From contig OY762897.2 of assembly GCA_963666515.2 (NCBI GenBank), positions 1,344,001-1,408,000 on the forward strand: a stretch of DNA of 64,000 nucleotides. The letters are read 5' to 3'. The DNA is from Candidatus Binatia bacterium. GTDB lineage: Bacteria; Desulfobacterota; Binatia; UBA9968; JAJDTQ01. This document shows positions 18,769 through 27,870 of this stretch, piece after piece. The position numbers and the translations under genes were made by a program. Within the stretch, counting starts at the first letter, position 1; each line of letters starts with the position of its first letter. The notes under the pieces were generated by a model, which saw only the letters and a program-made list of their open reading frames with translations, searched no databases and had not been told where the DNA came from.

Positions 18769-20226
18769 ATGTCCGTCCGCACGACCGTCAAATCCATCCA
18801 GAACATCATGCGCCAGGACATCGGCGTCGACGGCGATGCCCAGCGCATCAGTCAGTTGTGCTGGATGTTCTTTCTCAAGATCATCGACGATCAGGACCAA
18901 GAACTGGAGTTGATGCAGGCCAACTATACGTCGCCGATCGCCGAGCGCTTCCAATGGCGCGCTTGGGCAGCCGATCCCGAGGGCATCACCGGAGAGGATC
19001 TGCTGGCTTTCATCAACAACGATCTGTTCCCGGCCCTGAAACAGGCCCGGATCACCGGCCAGCCCAGCGACCGCCACCGGGTCGTACGCGACGTGTTCGA
19101 GGACGCCTACAACTATATGAAATCCGGCCAGTTGATGCGTCAAGTGGTCAACAAGATCAACGACATCGACTTCAACGACCTTACATCGCGCCAGCACTTC
19201 GGCGACATCTATGAACATATCCTCAACGACTTGCAATCCGCGGGCAATGCGGGTGAATACTACACGCCCCGTGCGGTCACAGCCTTCATGGTCGACCGCA
19301 TCGACCCCAAACCTGGCGAGAGCCTTTTCGATCCTGCCTGTGGCACTGGCGGTTTTCTGACCTGCGCGTTGCGCCACATGCGCCAGCGTTACGTCAAGCG
19401 GCCCTCTGATGAACGGAAGATGCAAGCCGCACTACGCGCCGTGGAGAAAAAGCAGCTTCCGCACATGCTGTGCGTCACCAATATGCTGCTTCACGGTATC
19501 GAAGAACCGAGCTTCGTTCGCCACGACAACACGCTGGCGCGGCCCTACATCGGCTGGGAACGGAAAGATCGGGTGGATATCGTGCTGACCAATCCCCCCT
19601 TTGGAGGAAAGGAAGAAGACGGCATCGAAAGCAACTTTCCGCAGCACTTTCGCACTAAAGAGACCGCCGACCTTTTTCTGGCCCTGATCGTTCGCCTGTT
19701 GAAGCCGGGCGGACGCGCTGCCGTCGTGCTGCCCGACGGTTCATTGTTCGGCGAGGGTGTCAAGACGCGCCTCAAGGAACATCTGATGGAGGAGTGCAAC
19801 CTCCATACCATCGTCCGCCTGCCCAACTCCGTGTTCAAGCCCTATGCCTCCATCGGCACCAACCTGCTGTTCTTCGAGAAGGGTGAACCGACCCGGGATA
19901 TCTGGTTCTACGAACACCGTGTGCCTGAAGGCCAGAAAGCTTATTCCATGACCAAGCCGATCCGGCTGGAGCATTTCCAACCCTGCATCGACTGGTGGGG
20001 CGGAACGGCCCGCAACGGCCGCAAGGACACGGACCACGCATGGAAGATGACCGCTGAGGAAGTCAAGCAGCGCGGCTACAACCTCGATCTCAGGAATCCG
20101 CACACGACCGAAGACGACCACGGCGACCCGGAAGAGCTGCTGGCCAAACTGGCCGACGCAGAGGCAGAAACGGCGTCCTTGCGGGAACAGTTGAAGGTCA
20201 TTCTGGCGGAGGCGCTGACCCCATGA
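18769..20226 (+). CDS. hsdM: Type I R-M N6-adenine methyltransferase M subunit
   Basis: MRQDIGVDGDAQRISQ, GEYYTPR, DPACGTGGFL, NPPF. Confidence 0.96.
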   Translation: MSVRTTVKSIQNIMRQDIGVDGDAQRISQLCWMFFLKIIDDQDQELELMQANYTSPIAERFQWRAWAADPEGITGEDLLAFINNDLFPALKQARITGQPSDRHRVVRDVFEDAYNYMKSGQLMRQVVNKINDIDFNDLTSRQHFGDIYEHILNDLQSAGNAGEYYTPRAVTAFMVDRIDPKPGESLFDPACGTGGFLTCALRHMRQRYVKRPSDERKMQAALRAVEKKQLPHMLCVTNMLLHGIEEPSFVRHDNTLARPYIGWERKDRVDIVLTNPPFGGKEEDGIESNFPQHFRTKETADLFLALIVRLLKPGGRAAVVLPDGSLFGEGVKTRLKEHLMEECNLHTIVRLPNSVFKPYASIGTNLLFFEKGEPTRDIWFYEHRVPEGQKAYSMTKPIRLEHFQPCIDWWGGTARNGRKDTDHAWKMTAEEVKQRGYNLDLRNPHTTEDDHGDPEELLAKLADAEAETASLREQLKVILAEALTP

Positions 20227-21113
20227 AACCCAACCATCATTCGCGTGGAAGCGTGAATCCGTTCTCTGGCGAACAATTACTCACCCACTTCGATCGCATC
20301 ATTGAGGCCCCGGCTGCCATTTCGCGTTTACGCCGGTTCATTCTCGACTTGGCCGTGCGTGGCAGGTTGGTGGAATCGGACCCGAAGGACGAGCCTGTGC
20401 CAAGGCTATTGAAGCGAATTGCGGCGGAGAAGGCACGACTGGTGCAAGCGGGGGAAATAAAACAACAAAAAGAGATTCCGCCACTGGTGAAGAACGATTT
20501 GCCATTTTTATTGCCTGCAAACTGGAGGTGGAGCCAAATTGCGGAAGTCGGACTGCTCAGCCCAAGGAACGAAGCGCCGGATGATCTTGAAGCTTCCTTT
20601 GTCCCAATGCCCTTGATTGCGGCCGACTATGGTGTGAGTTGTAGCCACGAGATTCGGCAATGGGGGAGGATCAAAAAAGGCTATACGCACTTCGCAGAGG
20701 GCGACGTTGCTTTGGCGAAGATCACGCCTTGTTTTCAGAACGGAAAATCGACGGTCTTTCGAAACCTTACAGGTGGCCTGGGGAGCGGCACCACCGAGTT
20801 GCATATTGTCCGGCCCTTGTTCGTCGATCCCAACTTCATTCTTCTTTTCTTGAAATGCCCTCATTTCATCGAGAGTGGTATCCCGAAGATGACTGGCACC
20901 GCCGGCCAAAAGCGAGTGCCTGCGGAATACTTCGCTTATTCACCGTTCCCGCTCCCACCCTTTGCGGAACAGCGACGCATCGTCGCCAAAGTCGATGAAC
21001 TCATGGTACTGTGTGACCGGCTTGAGGCGAGCCTTGTAGCCCGTGATGCAATGCGGGAGTTGTTGGTGGAAGCGATGTTGCACAATGCTTTGAATCCAAA
21101 CGGAGGCCACTGA
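20223..21113 (+). CDS. hsdS: Type I R-M specificity subunit, half-size (single TRD)
   Basis: ILDLAVRGRLV, LPANWRW, one variable TRD, PLPPFAEQRRIVAKVDELMVLCDRLE; only 296 aa. Confidence 0.88.
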   Translation: MKPNHHSRGSVNPFSGEQLLTHFDRIIEAPAAISRLRRFILDLAVRGRLVESDPKDEPVPRLLKRIAAEKARLVQAGEIKQQKEIPPLVKNDLPFLLPANWRWSQIAEVGLLSPRNEAPDDLEASFVPMPLIAADYGVSCSHEIRQWGRIKKGYTHFAEGDVALAKITPCFQNGKSTVFRNLTGGLGSGTTELHIVRPLFVDPNFILLFLKCPHFIESGIPKMTGTAGQKRVPAEYFAYSPFPLPPFAEQRRIVAKVDELMVLCDRLEASLVARDAMRELLVEAMLHNALNPNGGH

Positions 21114-21179
21114 GCACTGACGAGAGCCTTGCCCAAGATTCCGAACAAGATCGCGATCTAGGAGCGTGCTTGGTTTCGT

Positions 21180-24100
21180 TCAGTGCTCCAGCCTCTTTCT
21201 GACTTCCATTTCTGTGTCTTCCCTTTTCGCATCGCGGTCGTAGTCGGCCGCGATACTTTCAAGGACAGCGCTGACATAGGGGTAGTCGAAGGCATGCAGC
21301 TTTGCCCAGCCTCGATACTTTGCGGCAAGCTCACGTTCCTGCGCACCTCCCTCATTCAATTCGCGAAAATGTCCGCCGCGCCCGTTGAAGACACCAATGT
21401 TGAAGCCTATGCCGATCTGCTGGGAAGCAAATCTCTCCATCGCCTCACAGACCGGAAGGCACGGCCAAGCGCCGTCCTCTTCGGCAGGAGCCTTAGACAG
21501 AAGCTCACCGATCTTTTTATCACCGATATCGACTCGCCCATGCTTGGCGCAGAGTTGTCGCACTTTGGTAATCCACTTCAGCAGCGTTTCGGTCTCGATC
21601 TTCCCGTCCGGTCTAGTCCCTGGAATGCGCCCAATTCGGAACAGAAGACGATGGGCTGCAGATCTCAGAAGAGCGCGATGCCCTTGGTCTTCGATTTGCC
21701 ATCCGGGAGGGTCCTGACCATCGTCTTTACGTCTGTACACAATCCCCAGTACTTGGACGAAAAGGGTGGGAGTCTCGGCAATCTGCCGCTCAAGATTAGG
21801 AATTCCGTGCTCGCTATACTCAAGCGCCGCAATGAACAAGAACTCAAGCTGCGCCATCTCGTCCCTGCTAACGCCAGGGCGGCCATCGAGTGAATCCAAT
21901 GCCTCCGAAATGTAGTAGGAGTCAAGGCTGTGCCAATCCGCAGGTTCGGCATCCACGGTAGCTACGGCGAGGAGAAGCCGTTTCAGTCGCGAGGTCTCGA
22001 TCCGCGGCCAGTGCAGAGACAGAGCGACGGCGCGAAATGCATCGTGGGGTCGCTTTGCTTCAAGCAGACGGTCAATGAGCTCAATCAACTCTGCCTCGTT
22101 GTGGCGGTTCCAGGATGGGAAAACTTCCTGCCAATATCGATCTTGGATTTCTTGGTCGTATCGGTCGAGCAAGCGCCACGTGTTCTGATTGAACGGCGCG
22201 CACCGGAACAACCGCACGATCTGGTCAGCGTCTCTACCTTCGGCAACGGCCAAGAGAACTGCGCTCCGTTCTTCGTCGCACAGGGATCTCAAAAATCCGT
22301 TCACACAGCCGTCAACTTTCTTCCCCACGTCGCCGGTAGTGGAAAGGCATTGTCGCAAGAAATTGGTCCGCTCATTCGCGGTCGCTATGTTCGGTCCTAG
22401 GGAACCACCGATCGTATCGGGTGTCCCACTACGAGACAGCAGTCCCATCACAGCTTCAAACCCACCTTCCGCCCAAATCTCCTTGATCGCCGCGGCTCGG
22501 AGCTTGTGGATTCTTTCTTCGTGTTTAGAAGGATCGAGCCTGCCATCCTCCATATCGTCGTCGGAAAACTCGATCCAGCCGTTGGCAAACAGCCAAGCAT
22601 TCCGGAGAACAGGGTCACGCGGTTGCAATTTCTCGTACGCCATACGCGCCCGGTTCTTTGTCGCGTCACTCAGAGCGTGAATCTGACCTCGCATCGTAAA
22701 CATAAAGAGGCGAATCCGCTCGCCAAGGCTAGCCCTAGTATCGTCGTCGGTCTCTGAATCCGCCCAAGTGTCAATCAAGTCCCAAACCAGAGTCTGGCTT
22801 TCCTCGGATATTGCCGGGAGCCGCTCGACGAGGTCGCCGAGCGTCTTCGGATCGTGTTTTTGCCACGCGAGTGCAAGGTCGAGCGCTTTATGCGTGAATT
22901 CATGGAATTCGCTCTGCGTCACCGACCGGCCCGCGCCTGAAGCGTCGCTCCGCCAACGTGGCCGGTAACTAGGCGAGGCCATTTGGGGACCGGTGTGCAA
23001 CTGGTCGATACAAACCTGCCAACCAACGTCCGGGAGCCGCTTGGTCAGGACCTCAAGGGCCTGCACCCGTTCTCCAAGCGAAGCGGCGGTTTGAGGTAGC
23101 CACGACCGATAAGTCGCAAGAATACTGGAGATGGGCTTGTTGACCCAGTTGTCTTCGATAACGGTTCTCGACAACTGCGCGAGGATCAAGCTCACACGCC
23201 CGAGGTGTTGCCACGCGAGGCATTCCAGTGCCCATAGCAGCCCTGTTCGTGTTGGTGAGCTGAACGCGCCGCCGTCTACTGGTTTCAAGAGACCGAGTAC
23301 CGCCGGATGGACCTGTCGCAAGTCATCCTCAAGTAAATTCAAGAACTCGCCGGGTGCCGCTTCTGCATACTTTGGCAGGTCTTTGTCGTGCGAGAGCAGT
23401 TTGTCCAGGGACAGCGGCGTAAGGAGCTTCCGCACTAGCGACGAGACATGAGCCTCGACGTCGATGCCAAGCCGCTCCCGGAATAGATTGCTGCCGTGGA
23501 TGGAGAGGATGACGAGGGTTTCGCAGATACCTTCGCGCAATGCGGCAGAGTGTTTGCGCACCTTGCCATAGAACCCTGCAGCCCACCGTTCGTCTTCCGG
23601 CAGATCAAGCGCCGGATCGTTCTCGGAAAGTACATATTCAGAGAGGAAAAAGAAGTCCTGCAGGTCTTTTTCGGTCATTTGCCAACTGATGGCGAACAGA
23701 GTGTCGATTTTGGATGCGACGCCGCGATATGGTCCCACGGACCATACAGGGCAGTCGTCAAATTTCAACAACCGGGCTACACACCTTTCAATGTCGGGAT
23801 AGCTCGTATCTGCGAGGGTAGAGAGAATTTCGCAATCCGCGTTGGAGTTGGTATGCCATGCACCCACCAGAGCCACGGGGATCAGGCTCTTTGCAATCTC
23901 AATGTCTCCAGCCCATTGGGGTTTCCTGATCGCATGGATCGCCGAGAGGTTTCGACGTAGGATGGTCGGTGAGCGGCCCGACACTCTTGCCAGCCGGTCT
24001 GCTTGATCTTCATCAATACCCATCGCTACGAGCGCCTTCCCGAACTCGCTCTGGTTCAGCAGGTCAAGGGCTATATCTGGATTTGAATCAATGGCGTTTC

Positions 24101-25256
24101 GCGGTTGGACGACAATGCAGTGGCGTGTGCGATCGATACCTGCCAGCTCGCGTGCAGTTTCATCGCTGTGGATGATTGGGGTGAAAAGGGTGTTGGAGGC
24201 GATCAGCTTCCGCAACGTCTCACCCGAATCGAATACTGCTGCCAGATCCTTCCATTTGGGCTGAATGGAGTCATCCCGGAACAGACATACAAGAAACGCA
24301 AGCGCCTCATCCTTGGAATCGGCCGCGACAACAAGCGGCTTTTGGCTCGGTTTTTCGAGCCATTCTCTGAACTTGTCGCGATACGCGATGATGGACGGCT
24401 CGAATATCGCGGAGGTCATTTTCGGCACGCTCGCCTCCGACCAACGCTGCCAGCACCGATCCAGCGTCTCGAATCCGTCGGTTGGCATGGCCAGTCTCTC
24501 AGCAAACCATATCTGCGCGGCGACCGACTCTTCCAGCCACTGCTCAATATCGCTCGCATCGAGTGCTCTCACGGCTTTCCAGTCACCCTCTGCGTTCTTG
24601 CTCCGAGCCCAAGCTACTTTGCCCGGCCAATTGCGTGGCGTGACAAAGACGAAAGTGCATTCCGCCTTCTGGTCTGGAGGGACAGAAGCGCGGCCCGCGT
24701 AATCGCTCTCGGCCTTCCTTGTCGGATTTTCATTCGTGCCAAACTCCCATCCGGATATGCCTTCTGGAATCCACGGTGTGGCCGCATCAGCTTCGATCTG
24801 ACCATCCCAGCCCTTGCGTTCTGCGTTGTCGTAGCCAGGGAAATCAACCCGTCGCAGTCCGTGGCCAGTCGAATGGACCAGCTTGCGCAGCAACACCGGC
24901 AACAGGTGGCGGGCGTCGATATTTCCCTTCGCCCACTCATCGATCTGCCGGGCCTTGATGGTCAGGAAACTGGGCACATAGGTGTGAGCCACTACGGCAT
25001 TTTCTTTCCCGCGTCGATTATGGAGGTCGAACGCTGCCTGAAGATCAAAAAGTTCCTGTTGGTCGGCCCCAAACGATTTCTCCAACCTGACCGCCATTGT
25101 AGGGGACAGAGAAGAATTGCCGTTCAGGAGATTCGACAGGGCGGGTCTGCCTACTCCCAGCCTCTTTGCGGCATCCGTCACCGACATACCCTGCGGGATT
25201 ACCTGTTCTCTGATGAAAATACCGGGATGTATGGGCTTTTCTGGTTTGTTGGGCAT
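21180..25256 (-). CDS. Large protein with N-terminal HigA-type XRE HTH, putative restriction-endonuclease-like domain and long helical C-terminus
   Basis: PIHPGIFIRE...SVTDAAKRLGVGRPALSNLLNG..LSPTMAVRLEKSFG (HigA), then GWDGQIE...WEFGTN...KAESDY...FVFVTPRNW; 1358 aa uninterrupted. Confidence 0.8.
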   Translation of the reverse strand: MPNKPEKPIHPGIFIREQVIPQGMSVTDAAKRLGVGRPALSNLLNGNSSLSPTMAVRLEKSFGADQQELFDLQAAFDLHNRRGKENAVVAHTYVPSFLTIKARQIDEWAKGNIDARHLLPVLLRKLVHSTGHGLRRVDFPGYDNAERKGWDGQIEADAATPWIPEGISGWEFGTNENPTRKAESDYAGRASVPPDQKAECTFVFVTPRNWPGKVAWARSKNAEGDWKAVRALDASDIEQWLEESVAAQIWFAERLAMPTDGFETLDRCWQRWSEASVPKMTSAIFEPSIIAYRDKFREWLEKPSQKPLVVAADSKDEALAFLVCLFRDDSIQPKWKDLAAVFDSGETLRKLIASNTLFTPIIHSDETARELAGIDRTRHCIVVQPRNAIDSNPDIALDLLNQSEFGKALVAMGIDEDQADRLARVSGRSPTILRRNLSAIHAIRKPQWAGDIEIAKSLIPVALVGAWHTNSNADCEILSTLADTSYPDIERCVARLLKFDDCPVWSVGPYRGVASKIDTLFAISWQMTEKDLQDFFFLSEYVLSENDPALDLPEDERWAAGFYGKVRKHSAALREGICETLVILSIHGSNLFRERLGIDVEAHVSSLVRKLLTPLSLDKLLSHDKDLPKYAEAAPGEFLNLLEDDLRQVHPAVLGLLKPVDGGAFSSPTRTGLLWALECLAWQHLGRVSLILAQLSRTVIEDNWVNKPISSILATYRSWLPQTAASLGERVQALEVLTKRLPDVGWQVCIDQLHTGPQMASPSYRPRWRSDASGAGRSVTQSEFHEFTHKALDLALAWQKHDPKTLGDLVERLPAISEESQTLVWDLIDTWADSETDDDTRASLGERIRLFMFTMRGQIHALSDATKNRARMAYEKLQPRDPVLRNAWLFANGWIEFSDDDMEDGRLDPSKHEERIHKLRAAAIKEIWAEGGFEAVMGLLSRSGTPDTIGGSLGPNIATANERTNFLRQCLSTTGDVGKKVDGCVNGFLRSLCDEERSAVLLAVAEGRDADQIVRLFRCAPFNQNTWRLLDRYDQEIQDRYWQEVFPSWNRHNEAELIELIDRLLEAKRPHDAFRAVALSLHWPRIETSRLKRLLLAVATVDAEPADWHSLDSYYISEALDSLDGRPGVSRDEMAQLEFLFIAALEYSEHGIPNLERQIAETPTLFVQVLGIVYRRKDDGQDPPGWQIEDQGHRALLRSAAHRLLFRIGRIPGTRPDGKIETETLLKWITKVRQLCAKHGRVDIGDKKIGELLSKAPAEEDGAWPCLPVCEAMERFASQQIGIGFNIGVFNGRGGHFRELNEGGAQERELAAKYRGWAKLHAFDYPYVSAVLESIAADYDRDAKREDTEMEVRKRLEH

Positions 25257-25500
25257 GATGGGGTCAGCCTCCAAGTTTCTTTTTCATTAGCATAGTGTAT
25301 TGCGTAGCGCAACACAGATCGAATCTCGCACAGCTACAGAGGGCAGAACCCACCCGTAGCTCTTCGATGAGATCAAAGGGGCCACCGAGAAGGAGTCTGG
25401 CAAATTTGAGTTGACGGTACGCGGAAAACAGGGCTGGGAGTAGGGCAGAACCAAGGGTCTCATACCCGTTCTCGCGCCTTTGTTCAGAGCGAGTCAAGGA

Positions 25501-25917
25501 CTACGTCACTTCAGTGCCGTAGGTGTCGAACGTCTCGATAGTCGCTTGGTGACCGGGAGCTGCGGCCAACCGGGCATCACAGGTAATCAAGGGTGCGGGA
25601 AGGGACTCTGCGAGAGCCAAGTAAACGGCATCATAGGCGGTGACATTGTGACGAAGCGCCCAGATGCGCGGCAAAAAGGGGTAGTGCGGATAACGAGTAA
25701 TCCGGAAATCATTGACCTCCGTCAAGGCTTCCTCTCCTTGCTGCGGCGTCAACTGGCCGATGGACACGTACCGCCGGAGGACGTGGGTTATCTCAAGATC
25801 GATAAGGTGCGGCGCATGCAGGGACTCGGAAGCCTCCACGAGCCGTTTCTCAATGTCCGACGCACCGGGCGTGTTCAGGAGCAGCGCCAAGAGGGCCGAG
25901 GCGTCAACGACGATCAA
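25501..25917 (-). CDS. vapC: VapC/PIN-domain toxin
   Basis: (M)IVVDASALL...APHLIDLE...NVTAYDAVYLALAE...LITCDARL; TTG start overlaps the antitoxin stop. Confidence 0.92.
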   Translation of the reverse strand: MIVVDASALLALLLNTPGASDIEKRLVEASESLHAPHLIDLEITHVLRRYVSIGQLTPQQGEEALTEVNDFRITRYPHYPFLPRIWALRHNVTAYDAVYLALAESLPAPLITCDARLAAAPGHQATIETFDTYGTEVT

Positions 25918-26144
25918 GGCTTGTCCCGTTCTTCCCGGATAATTTGCGCTGGGGTGAGGGTTGGACGAAAAGGCGCTCGACCCCGGAGCCTCCGGCAAAG
26001 CTCTTCCAGGGTCGGATACTCGGCATGACGTCCGAGTTCTGTGATCAAATAGTCCGAAAGCGACGTCCCGGCCAGCGCGGCTCTCGACTTGAGAATCCGA
26101 TGCAGATCATCAGGAACATTTCGTAGCTGAATCATTTTGGACAT
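25914..26144 (-). CDS. FitA-like ribbon-helix-helix antitoxin
   Basis: MSKMIQLRNVPDDLHRILKSRAALAGTSLSDYL...IIREERD; upstream of the PIN toxin. Confidence 0.9.
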   Translation of the reverse strand: MSKMIQLRNVPDDLHRILKSRAALAGTSLSDYLITELGRHAEYPTLEELCRRLRGRAPFRPTLTPAQIIREERDKP

Positions 26145-26145
26145 G
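26116..26145. repeat. 30-bp direct repeat, copy 1 (5' end of antitoxin gene)
   Basis: ACATTTCGTAGCTGAATCATTTTGGACATG, identical to 27684-27713. Confidence 0.9.
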
Positions 26146-26149
26146 GAGC

Positions 26150-26234
26150 AAACATACTTGCATGTTTCCCACATGTCAAATTCAAGAATTGTTATCCTTG
26201 CAAATTGTCCAAATTGTGGATAATTTGCAGGGAT
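26150..26234. promoter_or_regulatory. Divergent promoter region with two inverted repeats
   Basis: AAACAT-N6-ATGTTT (26150-26167) upstream of the antitoxin; ATCCTTGCAAATTGTCCA-N5-TGGATAATTTGCAGGGAT (26194-26234, 2 mismatches) reaching the ATPase start codon. Confidence 0.6.
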
Positions 26235-27414
26235 GATATCCCGTATTGCCGCGGCTGACATCGAAGACGCACTGAACCGTCAGGCCGCCGTTCTCTTGAT
26301 CGGACCTCGGCAGGTGGGCAAGACGACGCTGGCCCTGGAGATCGGCCGGTCGCGTGACGCCCTGTACCTGGACCTCGAGGATCGGGACGATCGCAACCGG
26401 CTCGCGGAACCCGCGCTGTTCCTGCAAAATCTTGAGGATCGCCTGGTCATCCTCGACGAGATTCACCGGGTGCCGGAGCTGTTCCAGACGCTCCGTGGGG
26501 TCATCGATCGTGGCCGCCGCAAGGGCAAGGGTAAAGGCCGGTTCCTGATCCTGGGGTCGGCTTCCCTGGATCTTCTCCGTCAATCGGAAAGCCTGGCCGG
26601 GCGAATCGCTTACGTCGATCTGACACCGCTCTCGGTGCTGGAAGTGGAGGACGAGCACGCCGCCCGTGAGCGGTTGTGGCTGCGAGGCGGCTTTCCGGAC
26701 AGTTACCTGGCGCAGAGCGACAGGGAAAGCTTCGTTCTGCGGAGGGATTTCATCCGCACTTACCTGGAGCGTGACGTCGCGGAATTCGGGCCGCGTGTCC
26801 CCTCCACGGCCCTGGAGCGGCTGTGGACGATGCTGGCGCATCGGCAGGGGACCACCTTGAACGCTTCGGTGTTGGCCAGGGCGTTGGAAACGAGCGCCCA
26901 GTCGGTGACGCGTTACGTGGACCTCCTGGCTGATCTGTTGCTGGTGCGCCGCCTCCAGCCCTTTCACGCCAACGTAGGCAAGCGTCTGGTGAAATCGCCA
27001 AAAGTGTACGTGCGCGACAGCGGCCTGCTGCACGCCCTCTTGGGTATTCCCTCGCTGGAGCAGCTCGCCGGGCACCCGGTGGTAGGACAGAGCTGGGAGG
27101 GATTCGTCATCGAGACGCTTCTGTCCGTCCTCCCGCCGTTGGCGACGCCGCTCTTCTACCGGACCAGCACCGGCGCCGAGATCGACCTGCTGATCGAGTT
27201 CAGCGACGGAAGGCTTTGGGCCGTCGAGATCAAGCGTTCGCTGTCGGCCAGGGTCCGACGTGGATTTCATGTCGCATGCGCCGACGTGAAGCCATCGAGT
27301 GCCTTCGTCGTGCACGCCGGCGAAGACCGCTGGCCGCTGTCGGAGACTTTGGAAGCCATTGGTGTTCGCGAACTCGCGTCACTGTTTCGAGAACAGAATG
27401 GACCCTTGAGTTGA
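26233..27414 (+). CDS. AAA_14 family ATPase with DUF4143 C-terminal domain
   Basis: GPRQVGKTT, ILDEIHRVPELF, LGSAS, SESLAGRI, WLRGGFP, KRLVKSPKVYVRDSG, YRT..GAEIDL..EIK. Confidence 0.92.
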   Translation: MISRIAAADIEDALNRQAAVLLIGPRQVGKTTLALEIGRSRDALYLDLEDRDDRNRLAEPALFLQNLEDRLVILDEIHRVPELFQTLRGVIDRGRRKGKGKGRFLILGSASLDLLRQSESLAGRIAYVDLTPLSVLEVEDEHAARERLWLRGGFPDSYLAQSDRESFVLRRDFIRTYLERDVAEFGPRVPSTALERLWTMLAHRQGTTLNASVLARALETSAQSVTRYVDLLADLLLVRRLQPFHANVGKRLVKSPKVYVRDSGLLHALLGIPSLEQLAGHPVVGQSWEGFVIETLLSVLPPLATPLFYRTSTGAEIDLLIEFSDGRLWAVEIKRSLSARVRRGFHVACADVKPSSAFVVHAGEDRWPLSETLEAIGVRELASLFREQNGPLS

Positions 27415-27445
27415 CATTTACGGCCCCGCACCGTAGGGTTTCGGC

Positions 27446-27634
27446 ATGGAGACCGAACGTTACGCAACACGGGAGGACTTGGCCCGACTGGAAACCGACT
27501 TGGTGAGGGAAGTGAAGGACGGAGAAATCAGGCTTACCAGGGAAATGCACGGCCTGCAGACGCGCGTGCTCGTGTCCATTGTCGCCGCCCTGCTCGCGGC
27601 GCTCACCTCAATTGCAACCGCCTTGCTCCAATAG
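27446..27634 (+). CDS. Small coiled-coil protein with C-terminal membrane anchor (DUF1640-like)
   Basis: YATREDLARLET...coiled segment followed by hydrophobic VLVSIVAALLAALTSIATALL; TTGACA at 27411. Confidence 0.6.
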   Translation: METERYATREDLARLETDLVREVKDGEIRLTREMHGLQTRVLVSIVAALLAALTSIATALLQ

Positions 27635-27683
27635 GCTCGTCAACGAGCCACGCCATCAAGCTCCGGCAGACCCGGAGCGGTTC

Positions 27684-27713
27684 ACATTTCGTAGCTGAAT
27701 CATTTTGGACATG
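27684..27713. repeat. 30-bp direct repeat, copy 2 (relic antitoxin 5' end)
   Basis: Identical to 26116-26145. On the minus strand it reads MSKMIQLRNV, then diverges and stops within about 8 codons. Confidence 0.9.
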
Positions 27714-27742
27714 AGCCTGAGAGGAGGTCTCAAGGGGGGATG

Positions 27743-27817
27743 TGGTGCGCCCGCCAGGAATCGAACCTGGACTTAGGGTTCCGGAGACCCTCGTGATGTC
27801 CTTTTCACTACGGGCGC
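27743..27817 (-). tRNA. tRNA-Arg(CCG)
   Basis: Reverse complement is GCGCCCG...AGGGT-CTCCGGA-ACCCT...GGTTCGATTCC...CGGGCGC-A-CCA: acceptor stem, anticodon CCG, T-loop and encoded CCA. Confidence 0.96.
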
Positions 27818-27870
27818 ATATCATCTGTTTACCAGACGGAGCGGCTCCTGCTCAAGCTAAAGGCATCATC

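Larger units (their letters stand above)
16317..27742. mobile_element. Putative genomic (defence) island abutting the tRNA-Arg 3' end; no integrase seen
   Basis: Cluster of R-M, TA, HigA-fusion and AAA ATPase genes; visibly more AT-rich (especially about 20.2-26.2 kb); ends at the tRNA CCA end. Confidence 0.6.

Noticed and set aside
25264-25500. Possible gene remnant between the HigA fusion and vapC
   Set aside because: No recognisable motif and no convincing start; it cannot be supported from sequence alone.
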